IMG/VR virus record: IMGVR_UViG_2724679539_000005
Coordinates: 1-64,000 of that record
Strand: one strand, 5' to 3'
Length of the DNA stretch: 64,000 nt
From: a virus
Lineage: Duplodnaviria; Heunggongvirae; Uroviricota; Caudoviricetes
Shown: positions 19,382-29,367 of the stretch, in pieces
How the letters are laid out: the number at the start of each line of letters is the position of its first letter
Numbering within the stretch: position 1 is the first letter of the stretch
Made by a program: the position numbers and the translations under genes
Notes under the pieces: model-generated
The model's database searches: none
What the model saw: only the letters and a program-made list of their open reading frames with translations
Told to the model about the DNA's origin: nothing

Positions 19382-20542
19382 TTACCTCGCATTTAAGTAA
19401 ACTACGTTCTCCTCTTGTGCCGTATTTGTGCCATTGCGACTTATAATCGCATCGATTTTGCTCGCGTGCTCGGTGAGATGCCCAGCTGAAAGGTGGGCGT
19501 ATCTTTGAACCATTTCGAGAGTTTCCCATCCTCCCATCTCTTTAAGTGCAAGAAGAGAGACACCGGACTGAACCAGCCAGCTTGCCCAGGTATGCCTCAG
19601 GTCATGGAAGCGGAAGTTGCTAATGCCTGCCCGCTTTAACGCTCCCTTCCATGCCTTGTTGCTGTCGGTTCTCATCTTCCTTACCGCTGCTGTTTTTGTT
19701 CCGTCGCTTCGGTAGGCAGGTTTGGTGTGGACAAATACCCATCTCTTATGGAGCCCCTGCTGTTTTCTTAATATCTGGCATGCGGTTTCGTTAAGAGGAA
19801 CTCCGATCGCATTGCCAGCTTTTGTTTCATCAGGGTGCATCCATGCCATTTTCTTATCCAGATCGACCTGTGACCACTCAAGGTCTGTAACGTTGGAACG
19901 ACGAAGGCCTGTCGTGATTGCAAACATGACCACAGGGAAGAAATGAGGAGCAATTTCTGCAAACAGGCGCTTCGATTCCTCCTCTGTAAGCCATCTGATT
20001 CGTCCATTCTTAACGCGTGGTGTTGATATTTTGGGCGCCCTGTCAAGCCATCCCCATTCAACAGCCATATTGAGAATAGCGCGAAGTATTGCCAGATGCC
20101 GCGTCTTCGTTCCTTTGCTTGCCAGCTTTGGTTTATACTCCGGCACTGGCTTGCCAAGCCGCAAACACCTATCCCGGCTCATCTCCCAGTTCAGGCGATG
20201 GCGGCGGTTTTCCATCCCGTCTACCGCCTCCATTATTTTTTCTGTTGTTATGTCAGAGAGAATGGTTTCTCTGAAGTGCAACATCCAGAACGATATAATG
20301 CTCTTGTCATCATCAATGGACTTCTTATCCGATTTCTCACGCAGCCACCGTATGCAGGCTTCCTTGAATAGCTTTTTCGGTGATTCCCCGAGATTTTTTA
20401 CTCTCCACGCTTCTGCTTTCAGACGATCGTGAAGTTCTTGCGCTTGCCTCTTGTCCGATGTTTCAAGAGAGCGTCTAACTCTTGATCCATCTGGCGCGAC
20501 GAAATCGCAGTGCCATGTGCCACCGCGCAGTTTGATTGACAT
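19382..20542 (-). CDS. int: Phage integrase (tyrosine recombinase, lambda family)
   Basis: 386 aa; catalytic HDLRHTWAS and LEMVQRYAHL motifs. Confidence 0.9.
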   Translation of the reverse strand: MSIKLRGGTWHCDFVAPDGSRVRRSLETSDKRQAQELHDRLKAEAWRVKNLGESPKKLFKEACIRWLREKSDKKSIDDDKSIISFWMLHFRETILSDITTEKIMEAVDGMENRRHRLNWEMSRDRCLRLGKPVPEYKPKLASKGTKTRHLAILRAILNMAVEWGWLDRAPKISTPRVKNGRIRWLTEEESKRLFAEIAPHFFPVVMFAITTGLRRSNVTDLEWSQVDLDKKMAWMHPDETKAGNAIGVPLNETACQILRKQQGLHKRWVFVHTKPAYRSDGTKTAAVRKMRTDSNKAWKGALKRAGISNFRFHDLRHTWASWLVQSGVSLLALKEMGGWETLEMVQRYAHLSAGHLTEHASKIDAIISRNGTNTAQEENVVYLNAR

Positions 20543-20838
20543 GCTTTAACCTCCTGCACATCAACCGCATTCACCGCGCCATTGTGTCTCACAGACTTAA
20601 GCGCCGCAATGCAGTCTGACTTGCAAATGCGATATGGGCTTTTAGGTTTATCTGGATTTATCTTTGCGGCTTGAAGTCGTCCACTTCGTATCCACTGCGT
20701 GATAGTGCCTTTGTCTACCTTCAGATACGACGCAGCCTCTTCACGAGTGAAGATTTCTTCTTCCACTTGGAGTCTCCATTTATTGGATTGACATGATTGC
20801 TGTAGGTCTGGATATCTTGAGAAGCTGGCAGGCCTCAT
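20419..20838 (-). CDS. xis: Excisionase-like DNA-binding protein
   Basis: HTH segment FTREEAASYLKVDKGTITQWIRSGRL; overlaps int start by 124 nt, so exact limits uncertain. Confidence 0.5.
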   Translation of the reverse strand: MRPASFSRYPDLQQSCQSNKWRLQVEEEIFTREEAASYLKVDKGTITQWIRSGRLQAAKINPDKPKSPYRICKSDCIAALKSVRHNGAVNAVDVQEVKACQSNCAVAHGTAISSRQMDQELDALLKHRTRGKRKNFTIV

Positions 20839-21113
20839 CGAGTGTGAGGCTGTATGATTCCATGGTTACCTCTGCTTTTTGAACGCATGTCACGTAACTT
20901 CTTAATGTGTTCTGCCGTTTCGATCTCTTCTGCTATCCGATCTGCATCAGCTTTATTCACAGGTTCAAAGTCATGATTAAATCGGAACATGCTGGCGATA
21001 CATGTTCTGCCTTTTCGGATGTAGTGAACTTTGTTGTGGGTAGAACGCAGGATTTTGCAGGGAGTGCCGTGGTGATCGACGTACCAGGTGTTAGGAAAAA
21101 TGATTCTGAACAT
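20835..21113 (-). CDS. Hypothetical protein
   Basis: 92-aa ORF. Confidence 0.4.
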   Translation of the reverse strand: MFRIIFPNTWYVDHHGTPCKILRSTHNKVHYIRKGRTCIASMFRFNHDFEPVNKADADRIAEEIETAEHIKKLRDMRSKSRGNHGIIQPHTR

Positions 21114-21160
21114 TTTTACACCTCAGTTGGACGATGTTGAAATTTGCTGCTTTGAGGCCA

Positions 21161-21379
21161 TCACAGTCCCCATTGTTTGTTCTTAAGTTCGATCTCCTCC
21201 TGGCAACTTGCACAAGTCCGACAACCCTGAACAGCCAGGCGTCTTCGCTCATCTATCGGATCGCCACACTCACAACAATGAGTTGCGGATACAGTCTGGT
21301 AGTTCAGACGACGCATTTTTATTGCTGTATTGCGCTGTAATTCTTCGATTTCTGATGCTGAATCAATGATGTCTGCCAT
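21161..21379 (-). CDS. TraR/DksA-family zinc-finger protein
   Basis: CCECGDPIDERRRLAVQGCRTCASC four-cysteine motif. Confidence 0.7.
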   Translation of the reverse strand: MADIIDSASEIEELQRNTAIKMRRLNYQTVSATHCCECGDPIDERRRLAVQGCRTCASCQEEIELKNKQWGL

Positions 21380-21477
21380 CTTCCATTAATCCCTGAATTG
21401 TTGGTTAATACGCTTGAGGATGAATGCGAACAATAAAAAAGGAGCCTGTAGCTCCCTGATGATTTTGCTTTTCATGT

Positions 21478-21693
21478 TCACCGTTCCTTAAAGAGGCCGT
21501 TTAACATGCCGATCGCCAGGCTTAAATGAGTCGGTGTGAATCCCATCAGCGTTACCGTTTCGCGGTGCTTCTTCAGTACGCTACGGCAAATGTCATCGAC
21601 GTTTTTATCCGGAAACTGCTGTCTGGCTTTTTTGATTTCAGAATTAGCCTGACGGGCAATACTGCGAAGGGCGTTTTCTTGCTGAGGTGTCAT
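21478..21693 (-). CDS. Hypothetical small protein (71 aa from internal Met)
   Basis: ORF in early-left operon. Confidence 0.3.
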   Translation of the reverse strand: MTPQQENALRSIARQANSEIKKARQQFPDKNVDDICRSVLKKHRETVTLMGFTPTHLSLAIGMLNGLFKER

Positions 21694-21769
21694 TGAACAA
21701 GTCCCATGTCGGCAAGCATAAGCACACAGAATATGAAGCCCGCTGCCAGAAAAATGCATTCTGTGGTTG

Positions 21770-22327
21770 TCATGCAGCCTCCCGACGGGCAAGAATCCTT
21801 GAGCCGAACGCCATCAACTCTCCACGATCAACGGTCGTAAAGTGGCAGTGTGTACGGGGATATGGGTGCCAGATAATGAGCATCGAGCCTTTATTATTTC
21901 CACTGACGGGTTTCCCGGTGAGTGGGTTAATAAATGCCAGTCGTCCTGCCGTGATGAATCTGACCTCACTGGCGGTTTGTATCGCTTCATGAAACCATCC
22001 GACAGACGTGTCAGCAGGCAATAACATTACACATCCCACACTACTGAATTTGTTTTCAGTGGCTGCCTTTTTAACAAAAGGGGAAATATTGCTGTATGGT
22101 GGATTCAGCCAGACATAACCAGAGGCATATCCCATTGCTTCAGGCCATGAAGTGGTTAATGTGTTCTGCTCCTGTGAGATAAAAAGCCGACATAGTCGGT
22201 TTTTTTCACTGGCTGCAGCATCAAGTTGAAAAACGAACTCTGCATTAAGCGCAGCAAAAATCTCTGGTGGTGTGCACCAGCTGTCGCGATGTTCTGCAGG
22301 AGTATTGCTTCCGGTGAAATCAGTCAT
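21770..22327 (-). CDS. Phage N6-adenine DNA methyltransferase (Dam-like)
   Basis: WLNPPYS catalytic motif. Confidence 0.75.
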   Translation of the reverse strand: MTDFTGSNTPAEHRDSWCTPPEIFAALNAEFVFQLDAAASEKNRLCRLFISQEQNTLTTSWPEAMGYASGYVWLNPPYSNISPFVKKAATENKFSSVGCVMLLPADTSVGWFHEAIQTASEVRFITAGRLAFINPLTGKPVSGNNKGSMLIIWHPYPRTHCHFTTVDRGELMAFGSRILARREAA

Positions 22328-22478
22328 ACAGCCCCCCGTTTATTATTTATCTCCTCAGCCAGCCGCTGGGCTTTCAGTGGATTTCGGATAACAGAAAGGC
22401 CGGGAAATACACAGCCTCGCTTTGTAACGGAGTAGACGAAAGTGATCGCGCCTACCCGGATATTATCGTGAGTATGCT

Positions 22479-23159
22479 TCATCGCCATTGCTCCCCAAAT
22501 ACAAAACCAATTTCAGCCAGTGCCTCGTCCATTTTTTCGATGAACTCCGGCACCATCTCGTCAAAACTCGCCATGTACTTTTCATCCCGCTCAACCACGA
22601 CATAATGCAGGCCTTCACGCTTCATTCGCGGGTCATAGTTGGCAAAGTACCAGGCATCTTTTCGCGTCACCCACATGCTGTACTGCACCTGGGCCATGTA
22701 AGCCGACTTTATGGCCTCGAAACCACCGAGCCGGAATTTCATGAAATCCCGGGAGGTAAACGGGCATTTCAGTTCAAGGCCGTTGCCATCACTGCATAAA
22801 CCATCTGGAGAGCAGGCGGTACGCATACTTTCGTCGCGATAGATGATCGGGGATTCAGTAACATTCACGCCGGAAGTAAACTCAAACAGGGCCCTGGCGT
22901 CGTTCTCGTACTGTTTTCCCCAGGCCAGCGCCTTAGCATTAACTTCCGGAGCCACACCGGTGCAAACCTCAGCCAGCAGGGTGTGGAAGTAGGACATTTT
23001 CATGTCAGGCCACTTCTTTCCTGAGCGGGGCTTTGCTATCACATTGTGAACTTCTGAAGCGGTGATGACGCCGAGCCGTAATTTGTGCCATGCATCATCC
23101 CCCTGTTCGACAGCTCTCACGTCGATCCCGGTACGCTGCAGTATAATGTCCGGTGTCAT
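22479..23159 (-). CDS. exo: Lambda exonuclease (Red alpha)
   Basis: 226 aa, near-identical to lambda Exo as I recall it. Confidence 0.95.
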   Translation of the reverse strand: MTPDIILQRTGIDVRAVEQGDDAWHKLRLGVITASEVHNVIAKPRSGKKWPDMKMSYFHTLLAEVCTGVAPEVNAKALAWGKQYENDARALFEFTSGVNVTESPIIYRDESMRTACSPDGLCSDGNGLELKCPFTSRDFMKFRLGGFEAIKSAYMAQVQYSMWVTRKDAWYFANYDPRMKREGLHYVVVERDEKYMASFDEMVPEFIEKMDEALAEIGFVFGEQWR

Positions 23160-23941
23160 GCTGCCACCTTCTGCTCAGTGGCTTTCTGTTTCAGGAATCC
23201 AAGAGCTTTCACTGCTTCGGCCTGTGTCAGTTCTGACGATGCGCGAATGTCGCGGCGAAATATCTGGGAACAGAGCGGCAATAAGTCGTCATCCCATGTT
23301 TTATCCAGGGCAATCAGCAGAGTGTTAATCTCCTGCATGGTTTCATCGTTAACCGGAGTGATGTCGCGTTCCGGCTGACGTTCTGCAGTGTATGCGGTAT
23401 TTTCGACAATGCGCTCGGCTTCATCCTTGTCATAGATACCAGCAAATCCGAAGGCCAGACGGGCACACTGAATCATGGCTTTATGCCGTAACATCCGTTT
23501 GGGATGCGACTGCCACGGCCCCGTAATTTCTCTGCCTTCGCGGGTTTTGAATGGTTCGCGGCGGCATTCATCCATCCACTCGGTAACGCAGATCGGATGA
23601 TTGCGGTCCTTGCGGTAAATCCGGCATGTACAGGATTCGTTGTCCTGCTCAAAGTCCATGCCATCAAACTGCTGGTTTTCATTGATGATGCGGGACCAGC
23701 CATCAACGCCCACCACCGGAACGATGCCATTCTGCTTATCAGGAAAGGCGTAAATTTCTTTCGTCCATGGATTAAGGCCGTACTGGTTGGCAACGATCAG
23801 TAATGCGATGAACTGCGCATCGCTGGCATCACCTTTAAATGCCGTCTGGCGAAGAGTGGTGATCAGTTCCTGTGGGTCGACAGAATCCATGCCGACACGT
23901 TCAGCCAGCTTCCCTGCCAGCGTTGCGAGTGCTGTACTCAT
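23156..23941 (-). CDS. bet: Recombination protein Bet (Red beta)
   Basis: 261 aa, near-identical to lambda Bet. Confidence 0.95.
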   Translation of the reverse strand: MSTALATLAGKLAERVGMDSVDPQELITTLRQTAFKGDASDAQFIALLIVANQYGLNPWTKEIYAFPDKQNGIVPVVGVDGWSRIINENQQFDGMDFEQDNESCTCRIYRKDRNHPICVTEWMDECRREPFKTREGREITGPWQSHPKRMLRHKAMIQCARLAFGFAGIYDKDEAERIVENTAYTAERQPERDITPVNDETMQEINTLLIALDKTWDDDLLPLCSQIFRRDIRASSELTQAEAVKALGFLKQKATEQKVAA

Positions 23942-23946
23942 CCGTT

Positions 23947-24243
23947 TTATACCTCTGAATCAATATCAACCTGGTGGTGAGCAATGGTTTCAACCATGTA
24001 CTGGATGTGTTCTGCCATGCGCTCCTGAAACTCAACATCGTCATCAAACGCACGGGTAATGGCTTTTTTGCTGGCCCCGTGGCGTTGCAAATGATCGATG
24101 CATAGCGATTCAAACAGGTGCTGGGGCAGGCCTTTTTCCATGTCGTCTGCCAGTTCTGCCTCTTTCTCTTCACGGGCGATCTGCTGGTAGTGACGCGCCC
24201 AGCTCTGAGCCTCAAGACGATCCTGAATGTAATAAGCGTTCAT
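23947..24243 (-). CDS. gam: Host-nuclease inhibitor Gam
   Basis: 98 aa [21 protein letters not shown], matches lambda GamS. Confidence 0.9.
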   Translation of the reverse strand: MNAYYIQDRLEAQSWARHYQQIAREEKEAELADDMEKGLPQHLFESLCIDHLQRHGASKKAITRAFDDDVEFQERMAEHIQYMVETIAHHQVDIDSEV

Positions 24244-24318
24244 GGCTGACCTCCTGAAAATGGCTGTGAAAATATCGCCCGCGAAATGCCAGGCTGATTA
24301 GGAAAACAGGAAAGGGGA

Positions 24319-24729
24319 TTAGTGATTCAGGCCGTTACCGCGTCCGTCGAGAAAAACTTCCACGAGCAAATCACGGGTATAAGTGCGCTCGATGCCGCGA
24401 TGCAGATAAAGCCGTCCGCGTAAATTAGCTGATGCAGTCCAGGTACCATCTTTGTGTTTGACCAGCATTCCTGGCATGACCGCACCTCGATTAACGGTCT
24501 GCGTTCCATAATGTTGATGAACCATAAAAACTCCTGCCCGTAAGCTGGGCTGCTGAACATATAGAGACTTCTGCGCGTATTCAGGCGGTGGATGGCCGCC
24601 GGTTGTCATAACTAAGCCGCCTCGTTGAAGCGACTGAGGTATGAGGTGTTGAGTTGATTTCAGCTGGTCACACCGACGTTCACGCGTCCGTTTCACCCCT
24701 CGCACTCCCCGGAGCCTGCCGAAATTCAA
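24319..24729 (-). CDS. Hypothetical protein with Arg-rich N-terminus (possible N-like antiterminator; uncertain)
   Basis: First leftward ORF downstream of putative OL; N-terminus [16 protein letters not shown]. Confidence 0.3.
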   Translation of the reverse strand: MNFGRLRGVRGVKRTRERRCDQLKSTQHLIPQSLQRGGLVMTTGGHPPPEYAQKSLYVQQPSLRAGVFMVHQHYGTQTVNRGAVMPGMLVKHKDGTWTASANLRGRLYLHRGIERTYTRDLLVEVFLDGRGNGLNH

Positions 24730-24799
24730 GCTGCGGATCTAAGCGGTCATCGCAACGGTGAATCAGGCGGTTGCCGTATCGTTGTGTTGTTGCGACATG

Positions 24800-24860
24800 G
24801 TAATAATAGCTATTGCTATTGGTGGTATCAATACTTATTGCTATTGATTGATGTGTTTTG
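24800..24860. promoter_or_regulatory. Putative OL/PL operator region
   Basis: Three TTGCTATTG copies plus ATCAATA, the same motif as the cI-cro intergenic region. Confidence 0.4.
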
Positions 24861-24964
24861 ATATTAACTGTTTGATAGCAAAAAGAATTAATTTTGTGAC
24901 TTGCATCGCATAGCGATAACTGAAGGGAGGTTGTGGTGGTTTTTCGAACGGTTTGTGTGATGAG

Positions 24965-25001
24965 GGGAGGGGACAAAAGAAAACCCGGCACGGTGGCCGG
25001 G
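24965..25001 (-). terminator. Putative terminator of the cI-kinase (PRM) operon
   Basis: CCCGGCACGGTGGCCGGG hairpin followed on the minus strand by a T-rich run. Confidence 0.4.
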
Positions 25002-25168
25002 CTAGATCTTAAAGTATTTATCTTTTAGAGATGTAGATGCAAAATTTTTTGCCTTTGAAAATTTTTTGTCATCAGAAGAGCTTATGAACTCATCTTTTTT
25101 GTAGGGAACCGCTAATGCTGCATCACGTCTGCGAGGCAGCTTACTTACTTCCTCGCACTTTTTCATGA

Positions 25169-26215
25169 TCAGTTATCCTTTAATAACCTATACAGTTTTG
25201 TAGGGGTACATCCTGAGGATATTGTTAAGTTCGTAGCACGCCTTTTCCGCCCACCATCGTATAAACGAAAACCAGTAGTAGACGAATTTTCTGCGTCAAA
25301 AACTATAGACAGTATAACGTCCCCAGACTTTTTTTGCCATTCATATGTGCCGTTAGTTGGTTTTGTCATCTGTAGACGCCAGTCAAGAACGCCATCACTT
25401 ATAGCTGAGAGATCGTTTAGTACGTCTAGTACGGATTGATATCTTTCATTTGGATCTACATGAATGCATTTGTTTACTATTGTTATCAATTTTTTATGTA
25501 TGTGGGAAGGATACTCTTTTAATGGATAGGAGCCATTAATTATCGACTCTCTGAGTTGTTCAATCGTTCTAAATGCAGATCTTTCTCTTTCAAAATTATC
25601 ATATCCAACACACATTCTATATATGGTTAATCCTGCCTGATATATGTCATATGTGAAATTATAATCATTTGTTGATAAAGAAAAATATTCCGGTGGCACA
25701 TGAAAATGATATCCAAACTCAGGCGCAGCTCTCGATTCCTCATTGACTAACTGAGACAATCCAAAGTCAGATAGCATGGCCTCATTTCTGTTTGATATCA
25801 TGATGTTATTAGGTTTTATATCAAAATGCATAAGACCTTTTGAGTGTATATGATAAAGCCCACTTAAAAATTGAATAGAATACCGTATTATCTCCCTGCT
25901 CGTAAGATTAATCTTTTTTATTAATTGGTTTAGCGAACCATTATGATAAAATGGCATGGCTATATAGATATTGCTCTCACATTGAGCAGCATACTGAACT
26001 TGCACAATATTTGGATGTGCATGTTTATAGAGAAGCCTTGCTTCATTAAAGTAGTCGTCGTGGTTAGTGTTTTCTTTTTTTTCTATTTCTTTAATCACCA
26101 AGTCATGAGCTAGGTGTCTGTCATGAGCCAGATATACTTTTGAAAAACAACCCTGTTCTTCTAGATCACGAATCCATTCGAATGCTACATCAGCTCTTTT
26201 GTATGGAGTCAGCAT
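25169..26215 (-). CDS. Eukaryotic-like (Hanks-type) Ser/Thr/Tyr protein kinase
   Basis: Gly-loop GCFSKVY, VIK lysine, catalytic loop HFDIKPNN, SDFGLS, PPE; AT-rich. Confidence 0.8.
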   Translation of the reverse strand: MLTPYKRADVAFEWIRDLEEQGCFSKVYLAHDRHLAHDLVIKEIEKKENTNHDDYFNEARLLYKHAHPNIVQVQYAAQCESNIYIAMPFYHNGSLNQLIKKINLTSREIIRYSIQFLSGLYHIHSKGLMHFDIKPNNIMISNRNEAMLSDFGLSQLVNEESRAAPEFGYHFHVPPEYFSLSTNDYNFTYDIYQAGLTIYRMCVGYDNFERERSAFRTIEQLRESIINGSYPLKEYPSHIHKKLITIVNKCIHVDPNERYQSVLDVLNDLSAISDGVLDWRLQMTKPTNGTYEWQKKSGDVILSIVFDAENSSTTGFRLYDGGRKRRATNLTISSGCTPTKLYRLLKDN

Positions 26216-26670
26216 CCCCTTACCTCCGCAGATAGTGCAGCCAAAACAGCTTCATTTGTTTCAGTTGTAAAACCAGAATTATCGATTCCATTTATATTAC
26301 GGTGTGACTTCAATATTTCTTTATACTCGATCTCTGTTAGGTTCAATGATGACTTCATACCAGATTTTCTAATGGTGTAATATCTTCTTACATCACTGCT
26401 TGAAAATGCTTCTTGAATAACAGCTTCTATATAAAGGCGGTCAATGCTAAGATTATCAGAGTTTGATTCAGTAACGCGTATAGCAGCTAATTCAACATTA
26501 TATAAATTAAGAATGTCGAGGATGTTATTTCGCACATACTTTAATTTTTCTGGTGTGTCTAAGGTCGAAGGTATTTTAATAACATCAACACATTTGAGTG
26601 CAGACTCATCAGTGCAATATACAACAAAAGATGTAACTTTGGGCGCCGCCCTAACACCTAGTATTCTCAT
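26209..26670 (-). CDS. Hypothetical protein (153 aa) coupled to the kinase gene
   Basis: Stop overlaps kinase start by 7 nt; AT-rich. Confidence 0.5.
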   Translation of the reverse strand: MRILGVRAAPKVTSFVVYCTDESALKCVDVIKIPSTLDTPEKLKYVRNNILDILNLYNVELAAIRVTESNSDNLSIDRLYIEAVIQEAFSSSDVRRYYTIRKSGMKSSLNLTEIEYKEILKSHRNINGIDNSGFTTETNEAVLAALSAEVRGC

Positions 26671-26750
26671 TTTTTATATCCCATTTTAGAATCAGGCTGC
26701 GTTTCTGCAGCCTCTCTCATCACCCAAATGTCTAATCAGGCTATTATTGA

Positions 26751-27443
26751 TTATCCATGTTTCCTGTATGTTTGCGGCATGCTCCCAATAACTTTCCCGA
26801 AGATAAACACCCGGTTCATCTCGTCTTTCTCGATTGGGTCCCACGGTGAGTAGCTCTTGTTATCAGAGATAACCAGCAGTTTATCCTTCATCATTTGCAG
26901 GCGCTTAACATGGGCTGTGTCGTCATACAGAAACGCATAGATACCATCACCGTCGAAAGATTTAACAGTGATATCAACGAACAGAAGATCACCTGGTTCG
27001 ATCGTTCCTGACATGCTGTCACCGCGTACGTTAATGATGCGGATATTTTCTGCCTTCCTGCCATCGAACATGTGACGAGCATCGTCAAACGAGTACTCAA
27101 CCGAGCGTAGAACTTCTACAAACTCACGGTTGATGACTCCCGGCCCGGCACTCACTTCTATATCAAGAACGTCAATCTTGAAGTATTTGGGATGGTTGGC
27201 AGCAGGCTTCCCTGATTGTTGACCGTCATTTCTCATCGGGCCTATGCCTGATGAGAGCCACTCTGTTCGAACACCCAATGCATTAGCTATTTCAACAATT
27301 TTTGTTGAGCCGCGTGCGTTGCCGCTTGTCAGTCTCCAGATTGTGGGTTGAGCTACGCCAGACGCCTTTGCAAGAGCGCCTTGAGACATTCCAGATTGTT
27401 CCATCGCTAGGTTTAAGCGATCAGCAAGAGTTTCTTTTTTCAT
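26751..27443 (-). CDS. cI: CI-like prophage repressor (HTH plus S24 peptidase domain)
   Basis: N-terminal HTH MSQGALAKASGVAQPTIWRL, C-terminal LexA-like domain; ATG at 27443 preferred over track TTG at 27479. Confidence 0.85.
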   Translation of the reverse strand: MKKETLADRLNLAMEQSGMSQGALAKASGVAQPTIWRLTSGNARGSTKIVEIANALGVRTEWLSSGIGPMRNDGQQSGKPAANHPKYFKIDVLDIEVSAGPGVINREFVEVLRSVEYSFDDARHMFDGRKAENIRIINVRGDSMSGTIEPGDLLFVDITVKSFDGDGIYAFLYDDTAHVKRLQMMKDKLLVISDNKSYSPWDPIEKDEMNRVFIFGKVIGSMPQTYRKHG

Positions 27444-27547
27444 AAGTTTTAATTTATACGCTTGCGTATTGATGGTCAAAACACGTTTTGCTATTGATTG
27501 GGTTAATACGCATTGCTATTATCCATTCATTGTAATACCAATAGGAA
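27444..27547. promoter_or_regulatory. Putative OR/PRM/PR operator-promoter region
   Basis: Divergent cI/cro intergenic with repeated TTGCTATTGAT / TACGCATTGCTATT motifs. Confidence 0.5.
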
Positions 27548-27781
27548 TTGATAATGACAAATCAAACCATTCAACTCGCAATCAGTATTACAGGTAGTCA
27601 AAAACGACTGGCAGATCTATGCGGTGTAGCCCAGCCCACTGTTTGGCGTTGGCTACACGGTGGCGGAATTGATGCCCGCTATGTAATGAAAATTGTCTCA
27701 GCCACTGGTGGAAAGATTAAACCAGCAGATATTCGTCCCGACCTTGCACCATTGTTTAACGCGAGTAATTCTGCCGCCTAA
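27548..27781 (+). CDS. cro: Cro-like HTH regulator
   Basis: 77 aa HTH LADLCGVAQPTVWRWL, divergent from cI. Confidence 0.7.
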   Translation: MIMTNQTIQLAISITGSQKRLADLCGVAQPTVWRWLHGGGIDARYVMKIVSATGGKIKPADIRPDLAPLFNASNSAA

Positions 27782-27805
27782 ACTGCGGCGTTAACTGATA
27801 AGGCA

Positions 27806-28351
27806 ATGATTATGCAACCACTTACATACCAACAGACTAGCGGATTTAGCCCGACTGCGGTGATAAATCGTTCTCAAATAAAACAGGTGCCAGGCCACGA
27901 AAAAATCCGTGATGCCGTTCGCGCCTGGTCGGCTGCAGATAATCAGGATGTTGTTGCCGCACTCATTGTGAATGAGTATCGGGAGCAGGGCGGCGGCACC
28001 ATCGATTTCCCTGATGATGTCAGCCGTGCACGCCAGAAGCTGTTCCGCTTCCTCGATAACAAATTCGATTCTGAAAAATACCGAAATAACGTGCGTGAAC
28101 TGACCCCGGCAATTCTGGCGGTACTACCGCTGGAATATCGCGGCCACCTGGTTGAGCAGGATAGCTTCATGGCTCGGCTGGCTGAAATGGAAAAGGAACT
28201 CTGTGAGGCAAAGCAGGCGGTCATTCTCAACGCACCACGCCACCAGAAACTGAAGGAGATGAGTGAAGGTATTGTGTCGATGTTTCGTGTGGACCCGGAT
28301 CTGGCTGGTCCATTGATGGCGATGGTCACCACCATGCTGGGGGCAATATGA
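27806..28351 (+). CDS. CII-like regulator (YdaT-type)
   Basis: 181 aa, position and size match the cro-proximal regulator of Rac-type prophages. Confidence 0.5.
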   Translation: MIMQPLTYQQTSGFSPTAVINRSQIKQVPGHEKIRDAVRAWSAADNQDVVAALIVNEYREQGGGTIDFPDDVSRARQKLFRFLDNKFDSEKYRNNVRELTPAILAVLPLEYRGHLVEQDSFMARLAEMEKELCEAKQAVILNAPRHQKLKEMSEGIVSMFRVDPDLAGPLMAMVTTMLGAI

Positions 28352-29367
28352 CAGGTTCAGAAATGGCGAAAGCCGGTCTGCGGGAACAGAGCCGACTTTC
28401 AGGTGCAAATCGTAACGCACTCATTGCGGGAGGAATTATGGCAAACACTGCTGAGATATTCAATTTTCCAGTGCCGGATGTGGCACAAAAGGAGCCGCGC
28501 GTGGCAGATCTTGATGATGGTTATACGCGCATTGCTAATGAGTTGCTGGAAGCTGTGATGCTGGCGGGATTAACACAGCACCAGCTTCTGGTCTTCCTGG
28601 CTGTCATGCGCAAAACATATGGCTTTAATAAAAAACTGGATTGGGTGAGCAACGAGCAACTTTCCGAATTGACCGGGATATTGCCGCACAAGTGTTCTGC
28701 TGCAAAAAGTGTTCTGGTAAAGCGTGGGATTTTAATTCAGAGCGGGCGGAATATCGGCATTAATAATGTGGTCAGTGAATGGTCAACATTACCCGAATCA
28801 GGTAAGAAAAATAAAGTTTACCTGAAAGAGGTAAATTTACCTGAATCAGGTAAGAAAAGTTTACCCAAATCAGGTAAAGGCGTTTACCCGAATCAGGTAA
28901 ACACAAAAGACAAACTAACAAAAGAAAATATAAAACCTTTTTCGTCCGAGAATTCTGGCGAATCCTCTGACCAGCCAGAAAACGACTTTCCTTTGGAGAA
29001 ACTGGATGCTGCAATTCAGAGCGGCAGCAAGTGGGGGACAGCAGAAGACCTGACCGCCGCAGAGTGGATGTTTGACATGGTGAAGACCATCGCGCCCTCA
29101 GCCAGAAAACCGAATTTTGCAGGGTGGGCTAACGATATCCGCCTGATGCGTGAACGTGACGGACGTAACCACCGCGACATGTGCGTGCTGTTCCGCTGGG
29201 CATGCCAGGACAACTTCTGGTCCGGTAACGTGCTGAGTCCGGCCAAACTCCGCGACAAGTGGACCCAACTCGAAATCAACCGTAACAAGCAACAGGCTGG
29301 CGTGACAACCGGAAAATCAAAACTCGACCTGACAAACACTGACTGGATTTACGGGGTGGATTTATGA
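28348..29367 (+). CDS. O: Replication initiator O-like protein
   Basis: Iterons embedded mid-gene; position before P. Confidence 0.8.
   Translation: MTGSEMAKAGLREQSRLSGANRNALIAGGIMANTAEIFNFPVPDVAQKEPRVADLDDGYTRIANELLEAVMLAGLTQHQLLVFLAVMRKTYGFNKKLDWVSNEQLSELTGILPHKCSAAKSVLVKRGILIQSGRNIGINNVVSEWSTLPESGKKNKVYLKEVNLPESGKKSLPKSGKGVYPNQVNTKDKLTKENIKPFSSENSGESSDQPENDFPLEKLDAAIQSGSKWGTAEDLTAAEWMFDMVKTIAPSARKPNFAGWANDIRLMRERDGRNHRDMCVLFRWACQDNFWSGNVLSPAKLRDKWTQLEINRNKQQAGVTTGKSKLDLTNTDWIYGVDL
28790..28902. repeat. Origin iterons inside O (five copies of about 19 bp, TTTACCYGAATCAGGTAA)
   Basis: Five palindromic repeats in tandem within the O coding sequence. Confidence 0.65.

Noticed and set aside
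20760-20863. Alternative excisionase frame starting MESYSLTLDEACQLLKISRPTAI
   Set aside because: This HTH-like frame stops after 27 codons; the overlapping frame with FTREEAASYLKVDKGTITQWIRSGRL extends into int and was preferred, though a frameshift or sequencing issue cannot be excluded.
24319-24729. Confident call of antiterminator N
   Set aside because: Position and Arg-rich N-terminus are suggestive, but the product is longer than typical N proteins and I found no clear boxA/boxB nut site; kept as low-confidence hypothetical.
27548-28351. Toxin-antitoxin pair (YdaS/YdaT-like)
   Set aside because: Position divergent from cI, directly before O and P, fits cro and a cII-like regulator rather than an addiction module.
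28790-28902. Possible CRISPR array (short repeats with spacers)
   Set aside because: Repeats are palindromic, only five copies, with irregular 3-8 bp spacing, inside the O gene; this fits ori iterons. No cas genes anywhere in the window.
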